Below, in pieces: positions 38,417 to 50,300 of a DNA stretch of 64,000 nucleotides; the first letter of the stretch is position 1, and the number at the start of each line of letters is the position of its first letter. A program made the position numbers and the translations under genes. Source of the stretch: a virus. Its lineage: Duplodnaviria > Caudoviricetes. The notes under the pieces were generated by a model. It worked only from the letters and a program-made list of their open reading frames with translations, was not told the origin of the DNA and searched no databases. The DNA is taken from IMG/VR virus record IMGVR_UViG_3300021431_004083, positions 160,001-224,000 of that record; one strand, written 5' to 3'.

Positions 38417-40087
38417 TTACATTTGATAATCATCATCAAAATCATCAACATCTCTCACATCATCAAAGTCTATTGTGACATACCGACCATGAGGACTATC
38501 CGTATGGCTGTCTTCAACATCTATCGACTGATAAGCAGGCTCATTGACCTCACGAATTGGACGACTCGCTTCATAATCGATTTTGATATCAGGCTTTGCC
38601 TGAGACGAATCAAAACAATCATGGTCCTTCGCAAAATCAACAAGCGTCGCGTAATCGGCAACGAAATTAGGCACATAATTCTCAGGATAGGTGACAAACC
38701 CACGCACCTCGCCGACATGAAGCGGTCTCTCCCTGTACTTACAGGAATCGACATCAACGCCGAATTGCTCTTTGATAGCGTCGCGATTATTTTCCATATA
38801 ATCATTGAAAAACGCTTTATAATACCGCATCATTTGCGGATTATCAACAAACATATCGCAAACCCTTGATGACGGCTGTTCATTCGTCAACACGGCCTTT
38901 GTCTGTTGGACAGCATCGTATTCGCACAACGACTCAAGCGCGGCATACTTCGCAACAACGTTGATGTCCTCAGACAAGTAACCATCTTCCGACATTGACC
39001 ATCCGATATTCTGCGTACGCTTAACAAAAGCGTCATCAATACGAAGGTTCTTAAACTCCTCAACAAACTGAGAGGGGTCGTCCCACTCTCTCATATTGGC
39101 TCGCAAATAAGCCTTCATAACATCAAAATGTGTCGACAAGCCTTGCGGCGGTCTCGGATGGAATGTTCCCGTAAAATCCTCACCCGTCTCAGGGTCGAAA
39201 AACTCGCCATCCCAATGAAGCGTTGTCGAACCGTCAGGATTCGTCACACGACGATACTCGCTTTGCTGTGCCTCTCCTGTCGAAACCTCAGTAAACCAAG
39301 ACATCGTTTCCGGGTCGGCTTCAAACATTTGACCTGCAATAATACGAACCGAACGGTCAATATCCTCACGGGAAACGCCGTCGGCAGCTGCGGCTTCATA
39401 CAAAGCTTCATGCGCTTTCTCCCATGCCTCCTGTAAACCTTCGATATCAGCACCTTTCTTGCGCATCGCATGATATGTCGTTGTGGAAAACGCAATCGAC
39501 TGCATAGCCGCGCGTTCAGCGTCAAGAGGTCGCTGAAACTGAGAATAACGACGACGTCCACTAAACGAATCAAACGATGACTTATCATCGTTTTGTCTTG
39601 CTGCGCGTTGCTTCTTTCTCAAATCAGACACACCATCATGTTTAGCAAACAGCTTCGACACAGCGGTATACGACAAAAACCGACCGAGCGACTCGCCAAA
39701 GCCGCCTTGACGGCAACCGCGCATCATTAACGGAGCAAAGCACGCTAAACGCATTGACCTATCGATATAGTCATGCATAATTAATCGCTGCACATCATAG
39801 AAGCTCAAATGCAAATCGGCATCCTTCAGCGTCTTGTCTTTCTCGTATGACTTAACAAAATCACTGCAATAAGACTCCCAACGATGAGAATCCCAACCAA
39901 ATGTATCTGTCGCAAAATGCAAACTATCTATCAACTGATTGTTATTGATAGCACGGTCAATATTTCTGCGATGCTGCCAATAAACAGCGGAACGTTCGTC
40001 TTCCGTATTCATCGAAACACGACCGCTATTCGCGCTCCGTGAATTATTATTACCTGACGGTCCGTCTCTTCTTAATCGTCGCGCCAT
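38417..40087 (-). CDS. Hypothetical protein with acidic C-terminal tail
   Basis: 556-aa ORF, AAGGAG RBS, TTGATT/TATAAT promoter. Confidence 0.8.
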   Translation of the reverse strand: MARRLRRDGPSGNNNSRSANSGRVSMNTEDERSAVYWQHRRNIDRAINNNQLIDSLHFATDTFGWDSHRWESYCSDFVKSYEKDKTLKDADLHLSFYDVQRLIMHDYIDRSMRLACFAPLMMRGCRQGGFGESLGRFLSYTAVSKLFAKHDGVSDLRKKQRAARQNDDKSSFDSFSGRRRYSQFQRPLDAERAAMQSIAFSTTTYHAMRKKGADIEGLQEAWEKAHEALYEAAAADGVSREDIDRSVRIIAGQMFEADPETMSWFTEVSTGEAQQSEYRRVTNPDGSTTLHWDGEFFDPETGEDFTGTFHPRPPQGLSTHFDVMKAYLRANMREWDDPSQFVEEFKNLRIDDAFVKRTQNIGWSMSEDGYLSEDINVVAKYAALESLCEYDAVQQTKAVLTNEQPSSRVCDMFVDNPQMMRYYKAFFNDYMENNRDAIKEQFGVDVDSCKYRERPLHVGEVRGFVTYPENYVPNFVADYATLVDFAKDHDCFDSSQAKPDIKIDYEASRPIREVNEPAYQSIDVEDSHTDSPHGRYVTIDFDDVRDVDDFDDDYQM

Positions 40088-40371
40088 ACAAATCACTCTC
40101 CTTTATAGCTTCATTATAACATAAAACCATGATTAATCAAGAGAATTTTGACAAACAAAAAGTCCGATATTTATTCAACAATACTACCCTCAATCAATTC
40201 ACAGCGAACGAACCGTCGGCTATCATCTGAATAACCGTCATAAACACGCAAAGAATAAACCCCGCGTGCAAAAATACACGTGGGGTTCATCCTTAGGAGA
40301 AATAAAAATGAAAAAAGCTACGTATAGTAGGTATACTCAATTTGATTTCTTATTAAAAGAAGCACAACACC

Positions 40372-40860
40372 TTATTCATAACGAACATTGCGTTCGTTTA
40401 CATGAGACAGCAAAGCTTTATCGAGAACCTTACGCTTCAAAGCAGACTCGACACGAAACTCATATAAATAACGATATTTCTTACAGTCTATCATTGCGAT
40501 AATACTCTCATCCGCAATATTTAAACCCAGAAGTCGCTTAAAGAAAAACTCCGAATAAATCTTACCGTCTCTGCGAATCCGAACACCCTTATCGCACAAC
40601 ACAGCAACGACCTCACCCTCAACGGGTGTATAGTCGTCGCCCTCTTTTGCCGCGTCGAGTTCACATGGGATTCGATTCAATTCTTCACCGAGGTTCAAAC
40701 CCATCGGAGAAGATAACAATATGACAATCGCCAATATCACAACAGCGAAACCTAACGCTAAAGCGCCGAAGGCGTCCAAATGACGCATGAAACAAATCGT
40801 GCCATAGCCACAAATAACGCCGATAACAATACCCGCGAAAACATAAATCCACTTTTTCAA
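40372..40860 (-). CDS. Membrane protein (2 TM)
   Basis: N-terminal hydrophobic helices, AAGGAG RBS. Confidence 0.7.
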   Translation of the reverse strand: MKKWIYVFAGIVIGVICGYGTICFMRHLDAFGALALGFAVVILAIVILLSSPMGLNLGEELNRIPCELDAAKEGDDYTPVEGEVVAVLCDKGVRIRRDGKIYSEFFFKRLLGLNIADESIIAMIDCKKYRYLYEFRVESALKRKVLDKALLSHVNERNVRYE

Positions 40861-40881
40861 AGAACCGCTCTCCTTCTCTTA

Positions 40882-41166
40882 TTATTCGTTCAGCAACGTT
40901 TTCATCGCAACACTTGTCGTAAAAGCAATAGCCCTGTGCTCAGGTATCAAAATACGCTCCTGCGTCCTCGGGTCGGTGCCGTAACGGGGTTTACGGACAA
41001 CGATATCTAACTTGCCGATTTTCGGCAAAGTCAAATGCTCACGCTCAACAAGTGTGCTCGCCAATGTCTTGATGACAGCGTCATACGCCTTCTCAGCATA
41101 AACTCGCGAAAAGAACACATCAGGGTGCTCCTTCATCAAACGACTCACCATTTCCTGTTTCGACAA
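40882..41166 (-). CDS. HU/IHF-family DNA-binding protein
   Basis: MSKQEMV...LPKIGKLDIVVRKPRYGTDPRTQERILIP...F. Confidence 0.9.
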   Translation of the reverse strand: MSKQEMVSRLMKEHPDVFFSRVYAEKAYDAVIKTLASTLVEREHLTLPKIGKLDIVVRKPRYGTDPRTQERILIPEHRAIAFTTSVAMKTLLNE

Positions 41167-41509
41167 TACCGTTACCCCCTTCCGTCAACTTTTTACGAAT
41201 CTCCTCTTGGGGCTTCGCCGACGCAGCAAACTTCACAACATAATAATCCTTGATTTTACCCTGTTTACCGGACTGAAAATCCATCACGGCGTGTCCTTTT
41301 CGTTTATTCAAATAAAAACGACCGAAATCACGAAGCGATATCTCGTTGCCTTCTGACAACTCAAGGAAAATACGGTTAACGATCGCGTCATAAATACATG
41401 TCACAAGACGACTCAAACCCAAACGCTTCATAAAAGAAGACGGATAAAACGCCTCGACATCCTTTGTTACACGGCGGAGAAACTCCGACCGATTAATCCT
41501 CTGTCTCAT
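41120..41509 (-). CDS. Divergent HU/IHF-family DNA-binding protein
   Basis: INRSEF...LSEGNEISLRDFGRF...VVKFAAS. Confidence 0.8.
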   Translation of the reverse strand: MRQRINRSEFLRRVTKDVEAFYPSSFMKRLGLSRLVTCIYDAIVNRIFLELSEGNEISLRDFGRFYLNKRKGHAVMDFQSGKQGKIKDYYVVKFAASAKPQEEIRKKLTEGGNGIVETGNGESFDEGAP

Positions 41510-41618
41510 AACAAAAATCCTTTCATGACATTAATATAACATATTTCTTCTCGAAAATCAAGGGTTTTTTGAACCAAATTAGAAAAAAATTCCCGAAAGA
41601 AGAACTTTCGGGAATTTT

Positions 41619-42380
41619 TCACACAATACCGAACTCAACCTCGGAAAAACGCTTAGTTACATCAAAGAACGAACGCGGCAGAGGTCGCAAGCGAGCAAGC
41701 CCCGCCGCCTCACGCGCTAATCGATCAGCAACAGCCATCCCGGAGTTCTTTGAACGGGGAACGCCCGCTTTCTCGGCTTGCTTGTTTGTCTTATGACTTG
41801 GGATATGCGTAAACCGAACAATAATATCATTCGCATCAAGCATATTAATACCGTCAAGATAACACTTGCGCAATGAATCGCTCGCTTTTCCGTTCCCCCG
41901 TGCCCAATCCTGACAAGCCATACAATCATGATGGATAGTGATGTCATGAATGTCAAGCTCCTTTACCCTATCAAATAGGGCAAGCATACCGTTCACCTCG
42001 GCTTCCAAAGAACCGCGCCTTTTATTATCAGCAAGCTGAGAGCCCGACAACACATAACGAGAACCGTTATAATCAATAAAACCGCCGTAACCCGATACAC
42101 CTGTTCTCTCATTGAAAGAACCGTCAATAAACGCGTAAGCGCGAGAGCTGTCGTCAATAAAAACATGACGACGTTCCGCGTCAATGATTTCTTCTATTGA
42201 CAGGCCGAAATAATCAGGCTTGCGTAAACAAAGAGCCGCCAACGAACGAGACGGACAGCCCTTGACACGAGAAACAGGCGCGTCTTTTATCTTATCATCG
42301 AACTCGTCATGAGACATAAAAACACCATGAAAAGTAGGCGTCAAAACCGCAAAATAAACAGGCGCCTTTGCTTTTGCCAT
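41619..42380 (-). CDS. rnhA: Ribonuclease HI with N-terminal hybrid-binding-like domain; C-terminal RPLP tag
   Basis: FIDGSF...GYGG, EAE, HHDC, HIPSH, ADRLAR; N-terminal YFAV...GVF. Confidence 0.85.
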   Translation of the reverse strand: MAKAKAPVYFAVLTPTFHGVFMSHDEFDDKIKDAPVSRVKGCPSRSLAALCLRKPDYFGLSIEEIIDAERRHVFIDDSSRAYAFIDGSFNERTGVSGYGGFIDYNGSRYVLSGSQLADNKRRGSLEAEVNGMLALFDRVKELDIHDITIHHDCMACQDWARGNGKASDSLRKCYLDGINMLDANDIIVRFTHIPSHKTNKQAEKAGVPRSKNSGMAVADRLAREAAGLARLRPLPRSFFDVTKRFSEVEFGIV

Positions 42381-42399
42381 CAAAAGGCAACCTCCTTTC

Positions 42400-43290
42400 T
42401 CAATCGTATTGCCTGTCCTGTTCAACAGGCGACGAGAAATCAAAAGAAGGCAAAGGTCTATCGGCACGGTCAAAGCCTGACACGCTGTCCTCCGTTTCAA
42501 CAGAAGGTTCATTGTCGATTTGAACAGACACTTCCGCCGACCGATACGATTGCAAAAACGTTTGATAATCCTCACCGAGAGACAAAATCAAATCATCCGA
42601 CACAGGCAAACCCACCGCCTTATCGGCATGAACGCGAGAAAATAAGGAATATTTCTCCAAGAACAATTGAGATTGCCAGTTCATATAATCAAAAAATAAT
42701 GAACGAGACGAACGCACCGTACCATCTACACGAGCGACATTATCAGGAGATGCTTTCGCCCGAAGAAAACCATCGAAAGAAATGCGCATCTCAGCCTCAG
42801 TTGAACGATAATGACGAACATCACGATTCACACAGCGGGTGAAAACATCAATAAAGGCCTGTCGGTTTTGTTCTGACGCAAACGAACCGTTCGTCACGAA
42901 CTGCGTCTCAAGCGCGTATAATCGATTTTTATCTTCTATCTCCTGTTCGGACACGACAGGTGCTTTCGGCTTGTGCAGCATATCCCCCAATTCACTGAGA
43001 TACTCACCAAACCCCGCGAATTTAGCAAACGAAGAAACATCTTCGATATCACGGTGCGTTATTGCGGAAACACGGGAACAAAGCGACATAAAAATATCCT
43101 CGGAAGAAAAGGAAACAGCCGACATGTCGCAATACTTATCAAAGTCGGTATGAATATTGACGCCTTCGATATCACTCAAATCGTCATAAAGCAAAGAAGC
43201 ATCCGTACGATTATTTCGGTTAAAATATAACGAACGATACAGCTCTCTAACGGCGTCGCCGTAATACCTGTCATAATCATCAACAGCCAT
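42400..43290 (-). CDS. Hypothetical protein carrying C-terminal RPLP tag
   Basis: GGGGGTG RBS, long ORF. Confidence 0.75.
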   Translation of the reverse strand: MAVDDYDRYYGDAVRELYRSLYFNRNNRTDASLLYDDLSDIEGVNIHTDFDKYCDMSAVSFSSEDIFMSLCSRVSAITHRDIEDVSSFAKFAGFGEYLSELGDMLHKPKAPVVSEQEIEDKNRLYALETQFVTNGSFASEQNRQAFIDVFTRCVNRDVRHYRSTEAEMRISFDGFLRAKASPDNVARVDGTVRSSRSLFFDYMNWQSQLFLEKYSLFSRVHADKAVGLPVSDDLILSLGEDYQTFLQSYRSAEVSVQIDNEPSVETEDSVSGFDRADRPLPSFDFSSPVEQDRQYD

Positions 43291-43310
43291 CAAAATCACC
43301 CCCGAATCGA

Positions 43311-44180
43311 CTAAAAATCAGGACCGTCATCGGACAAACCGTCGCCGCCGTCGACATATTGCTCATGCTCCTCATAATCAAAACCATTGTCGCCCTTCTC
43401 AGGACTCCAATTCTCTAACGCGTGTCCGCGGCGCTTATCAAAAGGAACGCGCTTCGCATCGACAGTCTTCGTCTCGACAGCGGCACGATACGCATCTTCC
43501 TTCTCAGCCATTTGGTCACGCAAAGCGGAAAGAGAAGCAGGCAGCGAAATCTCATCATATGTAATAAAACGCATAAAAGCATACGATTCCTTCGGATGCT
43601 GTTGACGGAAAAGAGCAAAATGACCTAACGCGTCATCGAGAAACTCTTCCGCCGAAAACTCGGAATCCGACGAATAACCGTCGATAAAAGGATTCGGGTT
43701 CTCGGGATTGACGAAATAAGAAAACGCGCCTGCGTAACGAACCATATCTTCATCTGCTTTCGACATATCGAAACAGACATCCGACAAATATTGACCAAAG
43801 CTCTTAGCGACAGGCGCACGTTCCGAAATCGCGCTGTTACGATATAAAGAAGCATCGCCGAAAACAGCATCCTTATGATAATCATAGTCAGAGAACAAAT
43901 AATCGCGATGCAACGAAACACCACCGTCAGCGACAGATACACCCTTATCAGAGCACTCCGCTAAAGACCGAGCCGCAGCGTCAACAAGGTCATAACGGGA
44001 AAACGAATACCCATGCACAGACGACGGGTGTGACAGAACAAAACGAACATCATCAGCAAAAAAAGGAACAGCATCCTCTTTGGGACGATAACCACCCAAT
44101 ACTTTGGAATAAAAAGCACTGTAATACTTGCTTTGAACGGACATAGGGGAAACAGGTTTTGTAAAATTAAAATCAGACAT
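43311..44180 (-). CDS. Hypothetical protein with acidic tail
   Basis: GAGGTG RBS before MSDFNF; upstream ORF extension runs through a structured RNA. Confidence 0.75.
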   Translation of the reverse strand: MSDFNFTKPVSPMSVQSKYYSAFYSKVLGGYRPKEDAVPFFADDVRFVLSHPSSVHGYSFSRYDLVDAAARSLAECSDKGVSVADGGVSLHRDYLFSDYDYHKDAVFGDASLYRNSAISERAPVAKSFGQYLSDVCFDMSKADEDMVRYAGAFSYFVNPENPNPFIDGYSSDSEFSAEEFLDDALGHFALFRQQHPKESYAFMRFITYDEISLPASLSALRDQMAEKEDAYRAAVETKTVDAKRVPFDKRRGHALENWSPEKGDNGFDYEEHEQYVDGGDGLSDDGPDF

Positions 44181-44206
44181 GAAAAACACCTCTTTTTTTT
44201 TAAGCG

Positions 44207-44341
44207 CACTCCGATTTTGAGCGGCCGCCGAGGAGGACATGGCCTTGTCGATGGGACGACCATCGCCTGTCCATGTCCGTAAGACCTCGGCAGACACACT
44301 TGTCTTTACACTCAAACAGAAAGCCGCACAAACTCGGAGTG
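44207..44341 (-). ncRNA. Highly structured ~135-nt RNA immediately downstream of RNAP gene
   Basis: Nested helices CACTCCGA/TCGGAGTG, TTTG/CAAA, GCGGC/GCCGC, GCCGAGG/CCTCGGC, GGACATGG/CCATGTCC, CGATGG/CCATCG. Confidence 0.7.
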
Positions 44342-44364
44342 ATTATTGTACAACACCAAAAGAA

Positions 44365-47300
44365 TCAATAATTAGGAGCATCGCTCGCTTTGGACACACT
44401 ATGGAATCCCAAATCAAACGGAGTCTGTATCCTCGGTCTCTGACCGACACTTGCGGACGTTGCCTTCGCAGCAACAGCCTGTGTTTGATAGTCACCCTCA
44501 ACAGAACGACTCTGAACACGCTTATCCTTACTGTGGAGCTGATTGAACGCCTCAGGCGCGGCGTCATGGGCGATGTTCCAAAGAATCAACTCAGGCGCGT
44601 AGACATAGGCGACGTTACCGTCGTTCAACGCCTTATCGAACGTCTCCTTCGCCTTTGACGCATCTTCGATACCGGAAAGCTGTCGCTTTATTGCGTTGAC
44701 ATCGATACCGTAAATATTCAGGCTGCCGCCCGCTTCCGCGATATGAGAAGCAAAACTCTTCAGATTCGGATGATATGCCTGCTCCAGAATCTCAGAACGA
44801 TGCGTTGCCACACGCTCGATACTACCGATATACTTATTACCCTTATTATCGGTCAAAGTCATCGCGCGAGATATCAAATCCATATACTCAGGATTCACAG
44901 CAGCGTCACAACCAAAAGGACTCGTAGCGAAATCAGTAAACTGTTTCTTCCACTCTTCAGGAGACAAACGGTCCTTTGCTCTTGCTTCATCGGCTATCCA
45001 AATAGGGTTGCCGTCAGCATTGACAGACGTTTTGATTGCCTTGCCCGCCCACAACGCTTTCAACGGAGAATCCGATGTCAACACGTTATGTATCAAACGG
45101 CGAGCTTGCTCGACGTTGTGCTTTGCGCTCAAAGCAGACTGTGTCATGCCCTCAGATATATTGATACCGGCACGACACGCGGACTTACCCTCACAAGCAG
45201 ACGGTCCGTCAAAGAACGCACCGAGCGTTGCTGTAATGATATGCTGTGTCTGTTTGCCGTAAGAGCCTGTGAACTGGTTCTTAGCGGATAACGCTGTCTG
45301 AGTAGCGACACGGTCTTCCCATGTCGATAACGTATGACCTTCATCCTTGATGGTCGAATAATCAACCATCAGCTTACCGTCGGCGTCCTTACAAATATGA
45401 CCGTCTTCATCACGCTCCGCGTCAAACGTCACGCCGAGATAACGACAATACTTATCGAATGAATCGGGCTTACCCTTGGAACCGTTCTCGATACAAGCGG
45501 CAACAGAACGGAGATTATTCTCAAGACTATCGAACTGAATGACGTTGATACCGCAGTCAGCTTCCTGCGCGTCAATGTACCAATCATTGAACTCTTCGAA
45601 ATGCTTCTCGTTAGTCGCCATCCATTCAATATAATTCTCATCACGCAGATGATAATCATCATTGAACTTATCACGGAGAGCGGAAAGCCGCTCACCGAGC
45701 TCAGGATGCGCGTCGCACACAGCTTGTATATCAAGACCTGTATCATAATACAAATCGAATTTGCCGTCCTCGGCAACATAATGGGTATCAAGCGCGTTAT
45801 TAACAACGCCGAAATTGCGAATCAACTCATCAAGCGCCTGCTTACCCTTGATTTTAGTAATACCGATCGTATCACCGTCGAAATCACCCGCTAATGACTT
45901 CATCAAAAGCGGACTGACGCCGACGACATCCTCATAATCGGAATCGATATGAATCTTCGGAGCACGGATACCGCCGTCAGACAAAATCGGGTCACGCCAA
46001 ATCATCGCGTAATCGCCGTCAACAAAGCCCAAACGCTCCGCCATCTTGGCGCCCATCGTTATCTCTTCGATTTTGCAACTGGGGTTTGCCACCCAAACAA
46101 CAGTCGCCGAATTCGGCAACGGACGCGCGAGCGTCTGCTTGAACAAACCGTGCTTACTGTGGAATACTCTCGCTTCTAAATCATTTGTGATGGAGTTCCT
46201 GTACTCCTTCTCAATGCTTGCGCGAAGACTGTTCATCTTACCGAAATCATCGACAGAGCTCTGGTTCTCCTGCAACGCCTTATATTCCAACGAATTCATC
46301 AAAATACGCTGATAGGCATAGGTATAACCGTGATAAATATCAGGGCCGTCGCCGTTGCTATCGAAGCCTGAACGCAAATACGGAGGCAACAGCGGCAACA
46401 AATAGTTACCGTTGGGCTGACCGTCATCACCGTAAGATTCCATCAACGGCATACCGGACGGAAGCGTCATCTGGAACGGAACCTCGATAAAACCGCCGTA
46501 AGAATTCAACTGAGAGAACATCTCATTACGCATCGCTTCTTTATCAACAATACGCTCGCCGTTCTCATTAGTTGTATATTGCAGCTCGGGCAAACGAACG
46601 ACCTTACGTTCCTCGCCCTCGTGCTCGGAATAGCCTAAATGCGCGTTGCCGTATTCATCTACGTCAAAGCCGAGAGGAATCAAACTCTCACGCAAACGCT
46701 CAAATGAAGCGACGTCGGAGCCCTTGAACTCACGAACAATCGATTTCGCGTTGTTCGCAATCAAGGCTGCAGTCAGCTGCGCCGAAGCAGAACGTCCCTT
46801 ACCGGAATGAGCGTCATAAACATGAAGCTTGCTGTCAGCTGTCTGCTCATTGATAATGACATCCAAACGGCACAAAGCGCCGGGAATGTCCTTGCCGTCA
46901 ATATGCAAAACACCGCCGTCAGGCACATTACCTTTCGCGTAACCGTCCATCGCCTCACGTGTCGTATAACCGTCAAAACGACCGGGGAAGGTCTGCGGAG
47001 ACATAACAAAATCAAGCGACGGATTATCCTTGAAAAGCTTCCACGGCATATAATGACCGGAATACATAGCATTACGTTCAGGCACATCGGTATCGACGAT
47101 TCGAGCGGCAGTCGCCTTATTACCGCCGCCGACAGACGCCTTGTCACCGGACATAAGAGAACGCATCTCAATCGCGTCATCGAGAGAATCGAGCAGCTTA
47201 TCATCATCAAAGCCGAGCTGTGTCAACACAGCATTGACGCCCTCGACGCCGTTTTCCTCAGCAAAACGCTTCGAAAAAAGCACGGAGTCATTCATCGTAT

Positions 47301-50300
47301 AACAACCGATAGTCGCAAACGCGCCGACAGCAGGAGCGACACGACGACACGAGAGCAAATTGCTTGCGCGCATCATATCACGGTCCGTCGGAGAATACTG
47401 AGCGTAAGGCATATGATTACGCACCAAGCGTGTTTCCTTCAATTCCTCGTCATCCGTCGGAATAATCAAATGACCGCTGTTTTGTCCGCGCTTCTGAAGA
47501 ACGGCGCCGTCAGAAAGACAGCGATTCAAACCCATAGACGAATTGACGCTCGTAACGGTCTTTGAGGTATAACCGTTATCGGTCAGAATAGAAATATCTT
47601 CAAAACCGGAACGTACAAACGGGTCTGTGATATTCAAATCATTCGCAAGCCCCTTACGGTCGGATAACGCGTACAAGGAAGCCGCGCGAATAGTAGAATT
47701 GCCATATATGCTCGGCAAATGAAAACGACGAGACAATGTATAAATCTTATCGTCGAAAAGCTCAGGAGACATACCGGTACGCTTATTCTTCTCAAGAATA
47801 TTGAGCGGAAAACGCTCGCTGCGCAACATACGATATGTACGATTGAGAGCGGTATTGCTCTCGAAATCAGGCACACCCTTTACGATATCCGAACGAACAC
47901 GAGCTGTAATGAAATCATGAAGAACATCGGCATAACCGCGCAGACATAAACGCTCCTCGTATGTCTTATTCTCGCCGGGCTTTTGCGGAAGAATATCCGC
48001 CTCATAGTCAGGTACAAACAAATAATTATCGTCGTGATTGAATTTCGTCTCAATCAAACCCATACCATCAGGCAAAAAGACTTGCCCGATAGTACCTTCG
48101 ACAGGCTCATAAGAGATATTCGTGCCTGTCATCGACTTATTCAAATCATCAACAACGATACGACGTGCTTTATATTTGATGATACCATTATCATCAATAA
48201 AGGCATCCTTTGATAAATCAAAATCACAACCTGTCGCCGTGATAGCGTTCGTAAGCGAATCACAAACAGATTGAATGATTTCCTTCTGCGGACCATCCTG
48301 ATAAGAATCAAGCAGGTTCTTCAGCGAAGTCTGTGAAGCTTCATCAAACTGAACAAGACCTTCGCAAAAAGCATTGAACGAAGAACCCTCGCCTTTGAAC
48401 TTATCACGAGACACATTCGCGGCGAGAAAAGCAGCGGATAACGCTCTATGCGAAATATCGCCTGTCGTATTGGTGGTCGTCATATAGCGAGACACCAATA
48501 ACGGATTGATAAGACAATCATCCGGCGAATTATAATAACCGATGCGCTCCGGCATAAACTGATTGGAAAGCTGACTCATCAAGCGTTCCTTGGTCAGCTC
48601 ACGGTCATAAGAGGAACCATCATCCTCTTGTGCCTGACGAATCAATGCCCAGAACGACTGCTGCACAGAAGAGATGACGCTGTCTTCATCGAAAACAGGC
48701 GTATAATCCATACCATGCGTATCAGCCTCATCCAACAACCTGTCAATATCGACAGAAGAAGCGAACATCAGCTTCGCGGAATCAACAGCTTCCATAATGA
48801 ACTGATTTGCTTCCTCAGCTGAACTGAAGGAAATATTGCGATATCGACGCTTATTGTCGACAATCATGTGTACCTTATTCGTCGTAGACATCTGCGCGGG
48901 CTTATTGCTCGTCGCATAAGAAATCGGCAAACCGTCAATGCCAAGCGCTTGGTTACGGTTATTACGACGAACAAAACAACGATTCGGCAACGGCTTCACA
49001 TCGGCTCTGAACATCCGATGCCCCTGCTTTGTCGTATGATAAAAACTGTTCTGACGGACAGACGGAATATTCATCCTCGCCTGACGGCTGTACATCGTTG
49101 TGTTATAAGAACCAAACTCACCGAGATTCGCGACATCGGGAGTCACACCGACGGCATAATCAACAACAGCTAACCTGTCCTCAATCGGAATCATATATTC
49201 CGCGCGAACCTCACCCTGCCATTGACGACCGTCTTTACCTGTGCGAACCTTCGGTATTTTCTTACCATCCTCCAAACGGTAACGACCGTCTTGACCCAAT
49301 TCATAATCAGGAACCGTTTGATCGGTACTTGCGTAATAAACAAGACCGCCATTATAACAACGACCGATATTATTCTCATAATTCGAAGGACTCGTGATAC
49401 GAATGTGTGTCTTATTGGCTGTAACAGCGTTAACATGTCCCGCGGCATAACTCGTATCAGGCTCAATCGTATAAGAAACACCCTTATCATTCAAATGATG
49501 CAAAATAGCCACACTCGAACGAATCGCTGTTTCAGACATAGGAAACCCGGAGCTTTTTACCCATCTGTCAATATTCTCAATCGACTCGGGATTCTTCTGC
49601 GGAACATACCGGTGCAGATACGAAAGACCATAAAGGTCATTCTCACTGCGAAGAACCATAGGCGCCGTATCACTGTTCGGGGTAACAACGCGACCGTCTT
49701 CTCCCAACATCGAATCAGCGTCGGGCGACGCATAAAGAGGAATTCTCTCATAAAAAGCGTTCATATCGGTATCCATATAAGGGATGCCGGAAGCATTACA
49801 CAACGACATACCGCCGTTTCCGTTATCCTTATCACCGACAGGCGCATAAACAGCAGAACCATTGGATGACAAAGCCCATTCACACATGAAAAAGCGTGAA
49901 TCATAAGGAGACAACGGAGCAAAACCACGAGCGAACGACTGACGAACATCACCGGCTATCTTAGACAGACCGTCATTAGACAAACAGTCAAGGTCATCAC
50001 GACCTGTCTTGGCTTTGATAAACGCACGAAGAGCGTTAGCGAAATTACTTGCCGTGATATTATCCATATCAATCGGCATAGTCTTTCGCATATTAAACGC
50101 TGTCAGCGTATCGTCAGAGAAATAAGACATACCTGTTGTAATAAACTCTTCATGCAGCTGACGAGCGTAAGACAAAGGAATACCTCGCTCTCCTTCGGCC
50201 TGTAATGTCTCGTTTAATGAAAACATCGCCTCACGAAAAACGGATTCGTTCAACAGACGACGTACGAAAGGTGAATAGGTAGACTGACCGCTGTAAACAG

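Noticed and set aside
44181-44315. N-terminal extension of ORF 43311..44315
   Set aside because: RBS supports the ATG at 44180; the extension coincides with the structured RNA
44743-49869. Long plus-strand ORFs antisense to the RNAP gene (also opposite other large genes)
   Set aside because: Shadow ORFs arising from strand-biased codon usage; no RBS or protein-like motifs
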